NCBI GenBank assembly: GCA_963841735.1
Contig: CAWJDT010000001.1
Coordinates: 704,001 to 768,000 of the forward strand
Length of the DNA: 64,000 nt
Source of the DNA: an uncultured Actinomycetes bacterium
Lineage (GTDB): Bacteria > Actinomycetota > Thermoleophilia > RBG-16-64-13
Direction of reading: 5' to 3'
Part shown: piece after piece, positions 40,364 to 49,780 of the stretch
How positions within the stretch are numbered: position 1 is the stretch's first letter
Layout: each line of letters begins with the position of its first letter
Notes under the pieces: model-generated
What the model was told of the DNA's origin: nothing
What the model saw: only the letters and a program-made list of their open reading frames with translations
The model's database searches: none
Position numbers and translations under genes: made by a program

Positions 40364-41287
40364 GTGACCATCAACATAGATCCGGTCATCGGCAAGTTGG
40401 GGCCGCTGGATTTCCGCTGGTACGGCGTGATCATGGCTGTGGCCGTAGCCGTCGCCTTGTGGGTCATATCGCGCCAACTCGTGCGGCGGGGGATCGCTTC
40501 GAATCACGTGCTCGGCATCGCCATCTTCGGTGTGCCGTGCGGCATCATCGGGGCCCGCCTAGTCCACGTGCTCGATCATCTTGGCTACTACTGGGAGAAT
40601 CCCGGCAAGATAATCGGGGGGCAACTGGTGGGGTTGGCCGTCTACGGTGTGATCGCAGGTGGCCTGCTGGGTATTTGGATCTACTGCAAGTGGCAGAAGC
40701 TGTCGGTGCTCAAGGTGATCGACTCCACGGCGCTAGCCTTTCCAATAGGGCAGATCATCGGCAAGTGCGCCAACATCATCAACGGCGACACCTGGGGACC
40801 GCCCACTGATTCGGCGTGGAGCTTTACCTACACCAATCCCGATTCGTTCATCCCCGACAATCTGTTGGGGGTGCCTACCCACCCCACGCCCATGTACGAG
40901 CAGCTGTGGCTGATCGTCGTGGCGGGACTGCTCATCTGGCTGATGCCGCGGCTGACGAAGGTGAACGGGCTATCGATTCTCACCTACTTCTGGCTCTATT
41001 CGATCGGCCGCTTTGTCATCTCGTTCTGGCGGGTGAACGATGTTCTGCTTTGGGGACTGAAAGAAGCCCAGGTCATCGCTTTGGTGGTGATCGTGCTGGC
41101 GCCCGTAGTGGCTTACTGGATGGTGAGGCGGGCTCGGAAGCGCCCGCCCGAGAGGCCGGGGTCGCCGAAGACGGGTCCGCGGAAGAGCGCCGCGGCGAAG
41201 TCTGCGCCGAAGAAGACCGGCGCTACGGCGAAGAAGGCCGGCGCCGCGGCCAGGAAGACCGGCGCCGTGGGGAAGAAGGGCATCTAG
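40364..41287 (+). CDS. lgt: Prolipoprotein diacylglyceryl transferase
   Basis: RWYG, IIGARLVHV, GQIIGKCANIINGD..G.PT, HPTPMYE; Lys/Ala-rich tail. Confidence 0.88.
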   Translation: MTINIDPVIGKLGPLDFRWYGVIMAVAVAVALWVISRQLVRRGIASNHVLGIAIFGVPCGIIGARLVHVLDHLGYYWENPGKIIGGQLVGLAVYGVIAGGLLGIWIYCKWQKLSVLKVIDSTALAFPIGQIIGKCANIINGDTWGPPTDSAWSFTYTNPDSFIPDNLLGVPTHPTPMYEQLWLIVVAGLLIWLMPRLTKVNGLSILTYFWLYSIGRFVISFWRVNDVLLWGLKEAQVIALVVIVLAPVVAYWMVRRARKRPPERPGSPKTGPRKSAAAKSAPKKTGATAKKAGAAARKTGAVGKKGI

Positions 41288-41414
41288 AGGAAGAAGACCA
41301 CCGCTCGGCCACCAGCGGCAAGACGGCCACAGCCAAGAGCATGCAGACAAACGGGGATAACGTCCAAGCCCCGAGCTGCTCGCCCAGCTCAACGCTCATG
41401 TTCGCGGTGTGTCG

Positions 41415-43043
41415 CTACGTGCTGGTGATGCGGGCCATCCTGTCCTGTTCGGTCCCAACGTCGAGAATCGGTGCGAAGGTGGGACACTGCTCGCTGGTTG
41501 GGCCAACCTCTCCGTCCTCGGTGGCGGCTTGACGGAGATCCAGCAGATCAAGCACCTCAGTCAGGGAGCGGTTGACCGAGTACCCGGCGGCTGCTTCGAC
41601 GGCTGCCGACTGGGGTCGGAACGCTATCGAAATCCCTGCCTGTTCCAGCATGCAGATGTCGTTGTCTCCAGAGCCTACCGCCAGGGAGTGTCGGGGCATG
41701 AGGCCCCCGTCGTCACGGAACCGCCGTATCACATTGGACTTGCAGCAGTGGTGACGTGGGCAACCATCGGGATCTATCATCGCCGGTGCCAGTGTCACCT
41801 CCCCAGTCGAAACCCCGTTTCGAAAACGCATGAGGTGGGCCACGCTGAAGTCGGCGAAGACCCGGCGTCGGACAATCTCGGCTGCGGCATTGAAGCTGTC
41901 GGTCACGATTCCGACCGTGTACCCCGCTCTACGAAGCGTGACGACTGTGTCTATGGCACCGTCCATAAGCGGCATAGAGCGGGCGGTCTCTTCAAAGACC
42001 TCCAGCCGAACGCCCGTGAACAAGGACGCTATAGCGTGTGTCCGTTCGGCGTCGGCCAAGACCTGGTTGTCTAGGAACCGCGCGAGTTCACTTTGAGCCT
42101 CTATCCGCTCAGCCAGTTCCACAACGAAACGGCCCTCCAAGAGGACTCCATCCATGCTAAGGAGCGCGAATTTCTGCCTGCCCGCTGTGCGGTCCGCGGC
42201 TGGAAGCAGGTGGGCTCTGGTCCTCCGCTCGACCTCTTCCATTTCGCGCACCAGATTGATGTTGAGGCGGTCATGTCTCCATGCGCGGTCGAGGATCACA
42301 CGGGTGACCTGCTTTGCCATGTCGCCCAGAGCTTCGAGTGATTGACTGCGATGGCCTATCCGGCCGATATCGACCTCCGCTACCCTGGCTCCCTTCATCG
42401 CCGCGTCGATGAGCAGCCCGATGTCAACGCCGCGGTCGTTCTCCAGACGGAGATTGCCCAGAAGCGAGCGGCGAGCTGCGACGATACCCCCGAGTGGATG
42501 GTCAAGCGTGGCCAACTCTGGAAAGAACGCGCTGAGGAGAGGGCGTGCTGTAAGAACCGTCACCGGCCCCGCGTCACCGCCAAGCTTGGCCTTGACCAGG
42601 TCGGCCTGACCGGCAATGATCGGCGCGGTCATCCTCGCCACGAGATCTTCGCGGGTCTCCAGAAGATCTCCGTCCAGGAAGAGGACGATGTCGCCGCCTG
42701 CGACTTTCAGGCCATCCTGCATCGACGCGCCCTTGCCCAGCAGAGTACTCATCATGACACTGGCGCCTGCCCGCGAGGCGATCTCACCCGTGCCGTCGAT
42801 GGAACCGTCGTCTACTACCAGGACCTCGAGCACTTGGGGGCAAAGTCGCAGAAGGCGCACGAGGTGGTCGATGGTCTTCGATTCATTCAGAACAGGCATT
42901 AGAACGGAGACCACAGGTGGTCCATCGCAAGTCGAGTCGTGCTGACTGCCCGATCCGTCCACGAGTTGGCCGTGCATTATGTCTTGATCACCGGGGGTCA
43001 CGCCCTCGCGCACACCTACCCCGGCCTGTTTGTTGAGGCCCAT
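41415..43043 (-). CDS. GT2 (glucosyl-3-phosphoglycerate synthase-like) fused to a degenerate SerB-like HAD domain
   Basis: MPVLNE, DDGSIDGT, GKGASM, DGDL, PLGG, GVDIGLLID; HAD motifs SMDGVL, IVTDS, CKS, GSGDND. Confidence 0.8.
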   Translation of the reverse strand: MGLNKQAGVGVREGVTPGDQDIMHGQLVDGSGSQHDSTCDGPPVVSVLMPVLNESKTIDHLVRLLRLCPQVLEVLVVDDGSIDGTGEIASRAGASVMMSTLLGKGASMQDGLKVAGGDIVLFLDGDLLETREDLVARMTAPIIAGQADLVKAKLGGDAGPVTVLTARPLLSAFFPELATLDHPLGGIVAARRSLLGNLRLENDRGVDIGLLIDAAMKGARVAEVDIGRIGHRSQSLEALGDMAKQVTRVILDRAWRHDRLNINLVREMEEVERRTRAHLLPAADRTAGRQKFALLSMDGVLLEGRFVVELAERIEAQSELARFLDNQVLADAERTHAIASLFTGVRLEVFEETARSMPLMDGAIDTVVTLRRAGYTVGIVTDSFNAAAEIVRRRVFADFSVAHLMRFRNGVSTGEVTLAPAMIDPDGCPRHHCCKSNVIRRFRDDGGLMPRHSLAVGSGDNDICMLEQAGISIAFRPQSAAVEAAAGYSVNRSLTEVLDLLDLRQAATEDGEVGPTSEQCPTFAPILDVGTEQDRMARITST

Positions 43044-46000
43044 CACTCCGCCTTCCCCGAGACGCATGGTTGCCCTTCCCATGCGCTGGGGTAATTCTCA
43101 GCCGGCTGGCTGACCTCGGCATGCGTTGGCAGGCTATCAACTCTGACATGAACGTGACCTGAACGCCCCGAGATGTTCGCTTCCGAGGAGACCATGTTAG
43201 AGGGAATACAGAGTTCGCTCAAATCGTCTTCAGGCCCGATGCCGTAGGCATTAGCCAGCAGTGTGATGGGGTGGAGCGCCTGTCTGCCGGTGGCCTGCTG
43301 CAGCTGCATGCGGCACGTGCTGCAATCGCTGGCCACCAGATCGGGCGCCACTTCGGCCACTCGGTTGAACAGCGGCGCCCCCACGGCCATGGAGAAGTCG
43401 TAGGTGCCCGCCTTCATGCCAAAGGTGCCGGCCATGCCGCAACACCCGGCGGCTAGGTCGATGACCTCCACCCCGGGTATCTGCCGGAGTAACTCCAGAC
43501 TTGGGTTGCCGATCTGCTGCGCCTTGAGGTGGCACGGTTGGTGGTAGCCGATGCGGAGAGGGGCGCTGTCGCGGTGAGCCGCGCCCGGGGCCGTGGCCGC
43601 CCGCAGGGGGCCGGCTTCCGGGGCGGCCTCGGGGTGATCGAGGCGTCGCCTCAGCAGGAACTCTCCCAGGTCGCGGGTGGCGTTGGCCACCAGCGAGCAG
43701 TCGGGGCTGTTCACATAGTCGGGGTAGTGCACCTTGAAGGCGAAAGTGGCGGTGGGTTCGGCACTGACCAGCATAGCGCCGGCCTGGACATGAGGCAGCA
43801 CCGCGTTCACGTTGAACTGGGCGGTCTGTCTTGCCTTGCCGGCGTATCCGTAGAGCATCTCCGGGATGCCGCTGGCCAGCTGCTCGGGCACGATCACGCG
43901 CACCCCGTGGGCGGCGAGCACCCACTCCACAGCGAGGGCCAGTCCGGGCTCGTTGTAGTTGGCGTAGAGGTCGCTGAAGTAGGCGACCGTGGGTTCTTTG
44001 GTGCCGGGCGCCCGCGCGCCGGCGGGTCGCGGCGTGCCACTCTCGGGCCGGGCGCCACTCTCGGGCCGGGCGCCACTCTCGGGCCGGGCGCCGGCGGGCA
44101 GCGGCGCACCCCCGGCCGGTTCCGCCACTGTCTTCCCGGCAGTCACCAACTCGCGGAAGGTCCTACGGGCGAAGGGCGCCATCGGGCGGCGGCGGTCGAT
44201 GCCTAGGAGCGGCTCGGCCAGGCGTCGTAGGGTAGGGCGATTGATCAGCCGGTTGGCCAAGGGCGCAGCCAGGTGGCCGAGCCGCGACACCGTTTCCGCG
44301 CGGCCGAGGATCATGTCCACCGGAGCTGCCCGGTGGGCTGCCCGGTACCGGCTCTTGGCCTCCAGCATCAGCTTGGGGATGTTCACGTTCGATGGGCACT
44401 CCACGGCGCACATGCCGCATTCGATGCAGTAGTCGGTCACCGCTTTGGTGGCGGCCAGACCGTAGGTGCTCTCGGGGTCGAGGGCGCCGGTGATGATGCC
44501 CCGCAGCAGGTTGGCCTTGGCCCGGGGCGAGGCGTGCTCACGCCGGGTGGCCTTGTAGGTGGGGCACATGGTGGTGTTGAGAGCGCTCTTGCACAAGGCG
44601 CAGCCGTGACATCGTTCGATGTCGCCCTCGTATCCGTGGGCGGCGAAGTGAAGCAGCGGCTTCTGCGGCAGCGTTCGATAGCCTGGTCCGTAGCGCACGT
44701 CCCGGAACAGGGTGCCGGCGGGCTCCTGCGGCCCGACTTTCTTGCCTGGGTTCATCACGCCCTGAGGATCAAAAGCATTCTTGATACGAGTGAAGAAGGT
44801 GTAGATCTCTTTGCCGTACATCTCCTGCAGGCGAGGGGTATGGACCAGTCCGTCGCCGTGCTCGCCCGACATGGTGCCTCGCACGCTGAGGACGTAGGCG
44901 GAGATCTCGTTGTAGAGCCTCTGCATGAGGCGGGAGTCGGCGGGATCCTTGGGATCCAGAACGGGACGGCTGTGGAGGTTGCCGTCACCCACGTGGCCCA
45001 CCATGACCGCCTCTACTCCCTCGCGGTCGTAGAGTTTCTGAAGGAAGTCCACGAGGGCCGGAAGCTCCGTGGGATGCACGGTGATGTCCTCCACAAAGGG
45101 CAGCGGTTGGCGCGCTCCCGGCATGCGCTGCATCAGAGGCACGGCCGACTTGCGGATCTTCCAGAGGTTCTCGGTCTCGGCGGCGGTTGTAGCGCGCACC
45201 ATGCGTAGGGCGGCGGTATCTTGGAGGTGGCGGGCCAAGGCGGCAAACTTGTCGGAGAGCTCGGCGTCGTCGCGCCCTTCGAACTCGATGAGCAGCGCGG
45301 TGTCGGTGTGCTCGGGCAGCATGGCGTCGATGTGGGAATCGTGCCTGCGCACCAGAGCCAGGAAGCGGGAGTCCATTATCTCGGCGGCTGTGGGTGAAAG
45401 GGCGAGTATTCCGGGCACCGCTTCTCCGACGGCGAACACCGAGGGGAAATAGGCCATGGCGATGCCGCGCTTCGCCGGCAGGGGCACCAGGTTGAGAGTG
45501 GCTTCGGTGACCAGGCCCAGGGTGCCTTCGGCCCCGACGAACAGTCGCTGCAGATGGGCGAGGGAGGGCGAAGCGGTGTTTGGCGGCGCGGCGACGAGGT
45601 CGGCCGCACCCTCTGCAATGGCCATGGGCGGGGCCCCGGGGCGGCCCCAGTCGAGGACCGCCTCCACTCGATACCCGCAGGAGTTCTTGACCACCCGGGG
45701 CATAGCGGCGCGGATGTGGGCTTCGGAGGCGCGCAACTCGGGGAGCACGGCGGCGAAGGCCCTTCCGGCCGCGGTGCCGCTGGTCAGGAGGGCCTGCATG
45801 TCGGGGCCGTCCAGCTCCAGGGGTCGTGCCTGGTACCGGCTGCCGTCGGCCATGACCAGGTCCAGGGCGAGTACGTGGTCCTTGGTGGCTCCGTAGGCGA
45901 CCGACCGAGCCCCCGAAGCGTTGGTGCCGATCATGCCACCCAGGCTGCAGTGGTTCTCGCTGGAGGGGTCGGGCGCGAAGAAGACGCCGAAATCCCGCAG

Positions 46001-46360
46001 GTGACTGTTGAGAGAGGCCATCACCAACCCAGGCTGTACCCGCACCCAGGAAGCGTCGGGAGCCACTTCGAGTATCGCGTTCATGTAGCGGGTGAAGTCC
46101 ACCTGGATCCCAGGGCCGACAGCGGCGCCGTTGAGCCCGGAGCCCATTCCGCGGCCCACTAGGGACAGACCCCGGTCGGCTGCATAGGCGGCCAGGGCGA
46201 CGACGTCCTCGGCATCTCGGGGCGAGACGACACCCAGGGGCTCGATTTGACTGAGGCCCGCGTCGGTGGCGTAGAGACGGCGGCTGATGGGGTCGAACTC
46301 CACGTCGCCGCGGATGGCGGAGCGGAGGTCGCGGGCGATGGATTCTGCGGGAATGGCCAT
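43043..46360 (-). CDS. FAD-binding and Fe-S (GlcD/GlpC-like) oxidoreductase
   Basis: APDPSS, GAEGTLG, GHVGDGNLH, SGEHGDG, CHGCALC, CIECGMCAVECP, CCGMAG. Confidence 0.9.
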   Translation of the reverse strand: MAIPAESIARDLRSAIRGDVEFDPISRRLYATDAGLSQIEPLGVVSPRDAEDVVALAAYAADRGLSLVGRGMGSGLNGAAVGPGIQVDFTRYMNAILEVAPDASWVRVQPGLVMASLNSHLRDFGVFFAPDPSSENHCSLGGMIGTNASGARSVAYGATKDHVLALDLVMADGSRYQARPLELDGPDMQALLTSGTAAGRAFAAVLPELRASEAHIRAAMPRVVKNSCGYRVEAVLDWGRPGAPPMAIAEGAADLVAAPPNTASPSLAHLQRLFVGAEGTLGLVTEATLNLVPLPAKRGIAMAYFPSVFAVGEAVPGILALSPTAAEIMDSRFLALVRRHDSHIDAMLPEHTDTALLIEFEGRDDAELSDKFAALARHLQDTAALRMVRATTAAETENLWKIRKSAVPLMQRMPGARQPLPFVEDITVHPTELPALVDFLQKLYDREGVEAVMVGHVGDGNLHSRPVLDPKDPADSRLMQRLYNEISAYVLSVRGTMSGEHGDGLVHTPRLQEMYGKEIYTFFTRIKNAFDPQGVMNPGKKVGPQEPAGTLFRDVRYGPGYRTLPQKPLLHFAAHGYEGDIERCHGCALCKSALNTTMCPTYKATRREHASPRAKANLLRGIITGALDPESTYGLAATKAVTDYCIECGMCAVECPSNVNIPKLMLEAKSRYRAAHRAAPVDMILGRAETVSRLGHLAAPLANRLINRPTLRRLAEPLLGIDRRRPMAPFARRTFRELVTAGKTVAEPAGGAPLPAGARPESGARPESGARPESGTPRPAGARAPGTKEPTVAYFSDLYANYNEPGLALAVEWVLAAHGVRVIVPEQLASGIPEMLYGYAGKARQTAQFNVNAVLPHVQAGAMLVSAEPTATFAFKVHYPDYVNSPDCSLVANATRDLGEFLLRRRLDHPEAAPEAGPLRAATAPGAAHRDSAPLRIGYHQPCHLKAQQIGNPSLELLRQIPGVEVIDLAAGCCGMAGTFGMKAGTYDFSMAVGAPLFNRVAEVAPDLVASDCSTCRMQLQQATGRQALHPITLLANAYGIGPEDDLSELCIPSNMVSSEANISGRSGHVHVRVDSLPTHAEVSQPAENYPSAWEGQPCVSGKAE
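44036..44092. repeat. In-frame tandem repeat, 3 x 18 bp (ARPESG)
   Basis: GCCACTCTCGGGCCGGGC repeated three times perfectly. Confidence 0.92.
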
Positions 46361-46509
46361 GGGGGAGAATGATAGCGCGAGCAGGAACTTCGTGAGAGAA
46401 TGCACGAGTCGGAGCGGGCCGCCCTGCCGGGCGGTCTTTTAGTCCCAGAGTGAGGTAAGAAGCCACATGCAACGCGGTGCGTCCGCACGTCCAGTGAAGG
46501 GGGTGAGTC

Positions 46510-47443
46510 ATGCTTGCCATCATCAAATCGACCCCTACAGGTCTGGTGCGATTGGAGAAGTTCGAACCCGGTTCGTGGATCGATCTAGTCAGTCCCACGG
46601 AGGAGGAGCTCGAGCTGAGTCAGCCGGGAGTTGGTGATCCCGCTCGATCTACTAAGAGGCCCGTTGGACGAGGAAGAGAAATCGCGCATAGACGTGGAAG
46701 ATGGGCTGACTCACGTCATCGTGGACATCCCTGTGGTGGTCCGGGAGGAGGACCAGCGTGGCTACGAGACGATCCCGCTGGGGATACTGCTGCACCCCGA
46801 CTATCTCATCACTACCTGCCTAAGGCCCAATCCCATCCTGGGTGAGTTCGAGCGCGGTACTGTCCGGGGATTCACAACCTCTTAGAAGACCCGCTTTCTG
46901 CTGCAGATCCTGCAGCGGGTGTCGGCTTTCTATCTGCGGTACCTGGGGCGGATCGACCGCGAGACCGACAAGTTGGAGCGCGAGTTGCGCGCCTCGATGA
47001 AGAATGCGGAGATCTTCGATCTTCTCGGTCTGCAGAAGTCGCTGGTGTACTTCACTACGTCACTGCGCTCCAACGAGTCTGTGCTGCAGAAGCTGGCGCG
47101 CACCAAGACCGTCAAGATGTACGAAGAGGATGAGGATCTGCTCGAGGACGTACAGGTGGAGAACAAGCAGGCCTCGGAGATGGCCAAGATCTATACCGAT
47201 ATCCTCACCGGCATGATGGGCGCGTTCACCTCGGTGATCTCGAACAACCTCAACCGGGTGATGAAGCTGCTGACCACCTTCACCATCATCCTTTCGATCC
47301 CCACGATCGTGTTCTCCTTCTGGGGGCAGAATGTCAGGCTCCCGCTTGCAGACAGCGCGTGGGGCTTCCCCGTCACGATCGTCGTCGCGTTTGTGATCTC
47401 CGTGACTCTCGCGGTGGTGTTCTGGAGGAAGAAGTTCTTCTAG
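46510..47443 (+). CDS. corA: CorA family Mg2+ transporter (one frameshift plus in-frame TAG at 46883)
   Basis: WIDLVSPT, LDEEEKSRI, TIPLGI, QKSLVYF, ISNNLNRVMK, GQN variant of the GMN motif. Confidence 0.85.
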
Positions 47444-47445
47444 TG

Positions 47446-47521
47446 GCCAAGGGGGTGTGAGGACCTCCTCGAAGCACAGCGAGTACGCAAAACTTCGCTC
47501 CGGCCCTCGCACCCCCTTGGC
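47446..47521. repeat. REP-like branched inverted repeat between convergent genes
   Basis: GCCAAGGGGGTGTGAGG ... CCTCGCACCCCCTTGGC, with inner CGAAG/CTTCG. Confidence 0.65.
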
Positions 47522-47542
47522 AGCACTTCAGCGATACGTGGT

Positions 47543-49393
47543 CTAGCTCCAGGGTGACAGCGGCGGGCGGGTCTCGGTCTGCCTTTTGCGCCGGGCACGC
47601 GGCACCGGCGGTTCGAGCAAGCTCAGGTCGTCGGTGACCTCAAGTGTCTCGATTGGCACCACCCGCATCCGCTTGACTCCCAAGAGCAGCGCAAGAGCCG
47701 TGGTCATAAACACGACCGCCAGGATCCCGCGGACTCCGTAGGCGCCGGAGACCAGTTGCACCAGCAGGTACCACCATGCCTTCCACCAGCCCACTTCGTG
47801 CCCCACGGCCACGTACCCGTACAGGAACAACGGCGCCAGCAGGCCGAACAGGAGCAGCGGGGCGTTGGTGGTCAGCCGGTGTCTCCAGAGCGCTCCCGAA
47901 TAGACGGGTTCGGCGAAGCAGGTGGCTAGTGGCCAAGTCCAGGCTGCAGCCAGGCAGGGAAGTATCAAGAAGGGAGACCGGGAGACCATCATGATCATGC
48001 CCAGTAGCAGGCTGAGGAAAGCGGCGCATAGCTTGGCCATCTCGGTGACCGGTTTGGATTCTCGCGGACGGAAGTAGCCCAGAAAGCGACGAGACGCCAC
48101 GAAGCCTGCCAGCCCCAGAAGGATGAGGATGATGGTGGGAGCGGCCTTGGGTTGCGTGGCCGGCCCGTCCATGGTGGGCACCTGGAACCGGTAACGGGGG
48201 ATGAGACCGGCGACGGCCAGGATATAACTCCACATGAAGAAGAGCGCGACGGGCAGAGCGAACGAGGCGAGGTTGCGCAGATGGCGCAGGGCGGCCTGAG
48301 CACTGACGCGAGAGGCTATGAGCCAGATGATCAGAGCGCAGAACGCGGGCAGCAGGCAGAGCGTGGCGAGCACGTTTATGGCCCGGTTAGTGAGGTAGCG
48401 TCCGGACTGGAGCAGCAGGGCCGTGCCCGGATCGGGCGGCGCCTCGGTCCCTGTATCCAAGGAGAGGATCAGTCGCGCGAGCGCGGGCCCTTGCTTGGCG
48501 ATGCCGTCGGCGCTGGGATTGCCCTTTCCCTCGTCGTAGATGCGTAGCGAGGGGATGCCGCGGGTCAGTCCGGCTACCTGGTCCCCCTTGGATAGGGAGA
48601 GGGCATGGTCGGCCGCTTGGCTGAGCAGACCGGGGACCTCCAGCTTGAGCCCCTCACCTTCTAGCACGTTGCGTGTCAGCTGCAACAACCACCCGGGGGT
48701 GGTGCCTTGGGCGGCCGTGACCCCTGCCGACAGTGCCCGGCGAACGCCGGACTCGGATGATTCCTTGCCCAGACCGTGGATGGAAATGATGGTCGATACG
48801 TCCCAGCGGTTGTCGGGGGAATCAAGGAAGTGACTGATGCTGAGCCCGCCGTTGTTGGAGTCTTCGGTGGAGAGGAAGATCAGCGTCTTGGTGTGCAGCC
48901 GGGCTGAGAAGACTTGGATCAACTCAAGGAGAATCCCGGTTCCGCTTGTGTAGGTTAGCGGCTCGACTTTGACCACCTTGGGCGTGTCCCTCGGGGCTGC
49001 GATGAGGATGGCCTCTTTGCTGGTGCCTTCGAGAACCACGGCTACGTTCTGCAAGGTGACCTTCTCGTTGCCCATGGGGGCTTCGAAGGACTCGACGGTG
49101 GCCATCTCGGGGTTGGCAAGCTGGGATTTGATCCAGTTGATGACGTCGGTCTGCTCTTCGGACCCGGTGGTTGTTCGGGACAGGTTCTCCCACATGCCCT
49201 CGGTGGCGCGGAAGGCGCGGTTGGAGTCAAAGAAGGTGGGACCTGTGACGATCTCTATGCTGGCTTCTGGAGTCGATACCGACAGGAACACCGCCGCGCT
49301 GGCGAGGACGACGAGAGCGACGCATGACGCGTACGCTACCTTCCTCCATTGCCGGACTCGGTCGATAAGACGCCGGCGGATAGTGAGCGGCAT
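47543..49393 (-). CDS. Membrane protein with M28 peptidase-like extracellular domain
   Basis: NVAVVLEG..EAILIAAPRD, TLIFLSTE (metal ligands look degenerate); multi-TM C-terminus. Confidence 0.65.
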   Translation of the reverse strand: MPLTIRRRLIDRVRQWRKVAYASCVALVVLASAAVFLSVSTPEASIEIVTGPTFFDSNRAFRATEGMWENLSRTTTGSEEQTDVINWIKSQLANPEMATVESFEAPMGNEKVTLQNVAVVLEGTSKEAILIAAPRDTPKVVKVEPLTYTSGTGILLELIQVFSARLHTKTLIFLSTEDSNNGGLSISHFLDSPDNRWDVSTIISIHGLGKESSESGVRRALSAGVTAAQGTTPGWLLQLTRNVLEGEGLKLEVPGLLSQAADHALSLSKGDQVAGLTRGIPSLRIYDEGKGNPSADGIAKQGPALARLILSLDTGTEAPPDPGTALLLQSGRYLTNRAINVLATLCLLPAFCALIIWLIASRVSAQAALRHLRNLASFALPVALFFMWSYILAVAGLIPRYRFQVPTMDGPATQPKAAPTIILILLGLAGFVASRRFLGYFRPRESKPVTEMAKLCAAFLSLLLGMIMMVSRSPFLILPCLAAAWTWPLATCFAEPVYSGALWRHRLTTNAPLLLFGLLAPLFLYGYVAVGHEVGWWKAWWYLLVQLVSGAYGVRGILAVVFMTTALALLLGVKRMRVVPIETLEVTDDLSLLEPPVPRARRKRQTETRPPLSPWS

Positions 49394-49453
49394 AGTGACT
49401 CCAGTTCGCTTGGGGCGTGTGCGATTCTATGCCCCAGGAGACCGGGAGACAAC

Positions 49454-49690
49454 TTAGACTTTGCGGGGCCGCCTGCAGAAGAGCATCTGCTCGATCATAC
49501 GGTCGGCAACGGCCGCGGCCGGCACATGATAGTCCCCGGACCGGATGAGGTCATGAATCACTTGCAGCCGGGCGGGCATAAGCTGTCCCCCAGGGCCCTC
49601 AACGGCCGACTGGGGGGAGCGAAAACAACTCTCGTTTACTATAGGGTTCATGGGGAACTCTGGTGTTGGTGTGTGGTTTGTCGTGCTCAT
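49454..49690 (-). CDS. FlgM-like anti-sigma-28 factor
   Basis: C-terminal RLQVIHDLIRSGDYHVPAAAVADRMI matches the FlgM sigma-binding helices; sigma-28 promoter directly upstream. Confidence 0.7.
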   Translation of the reverse strand: MSTTNHTPTPEFPMNPIVNESCFRSPQSAVEGPGGQLMPARLQVIHDLIRSGDYHVPAAAVADRMIEQMLFCRRPRKV

Positions 49691-49700
49691 GCTATCTTCC

Positions 49701-49728
49701 TTATCGGCTGCAGACCCCGATAGGTTTA
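49701..49728 (-). promoter_or_regulatory. Sigma-28 (FliA/WhiG/SigD-type) promoter
   Basis: Minus strand TAAA-N16-GCCGATAA, 10 nt before the ATG. Confidence 0.8.
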
Positions 49729-49780
49729 TACTCAGAGTGCAAATTGGCGGTCAGCAGAGATGGCGTCCGAGGAGTGCTCG

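Noticed and set aside
44036-44092. CRISPR-like array
   Set aside because: Spacerless in-frame tandem repeat within a CDS; no cas genes
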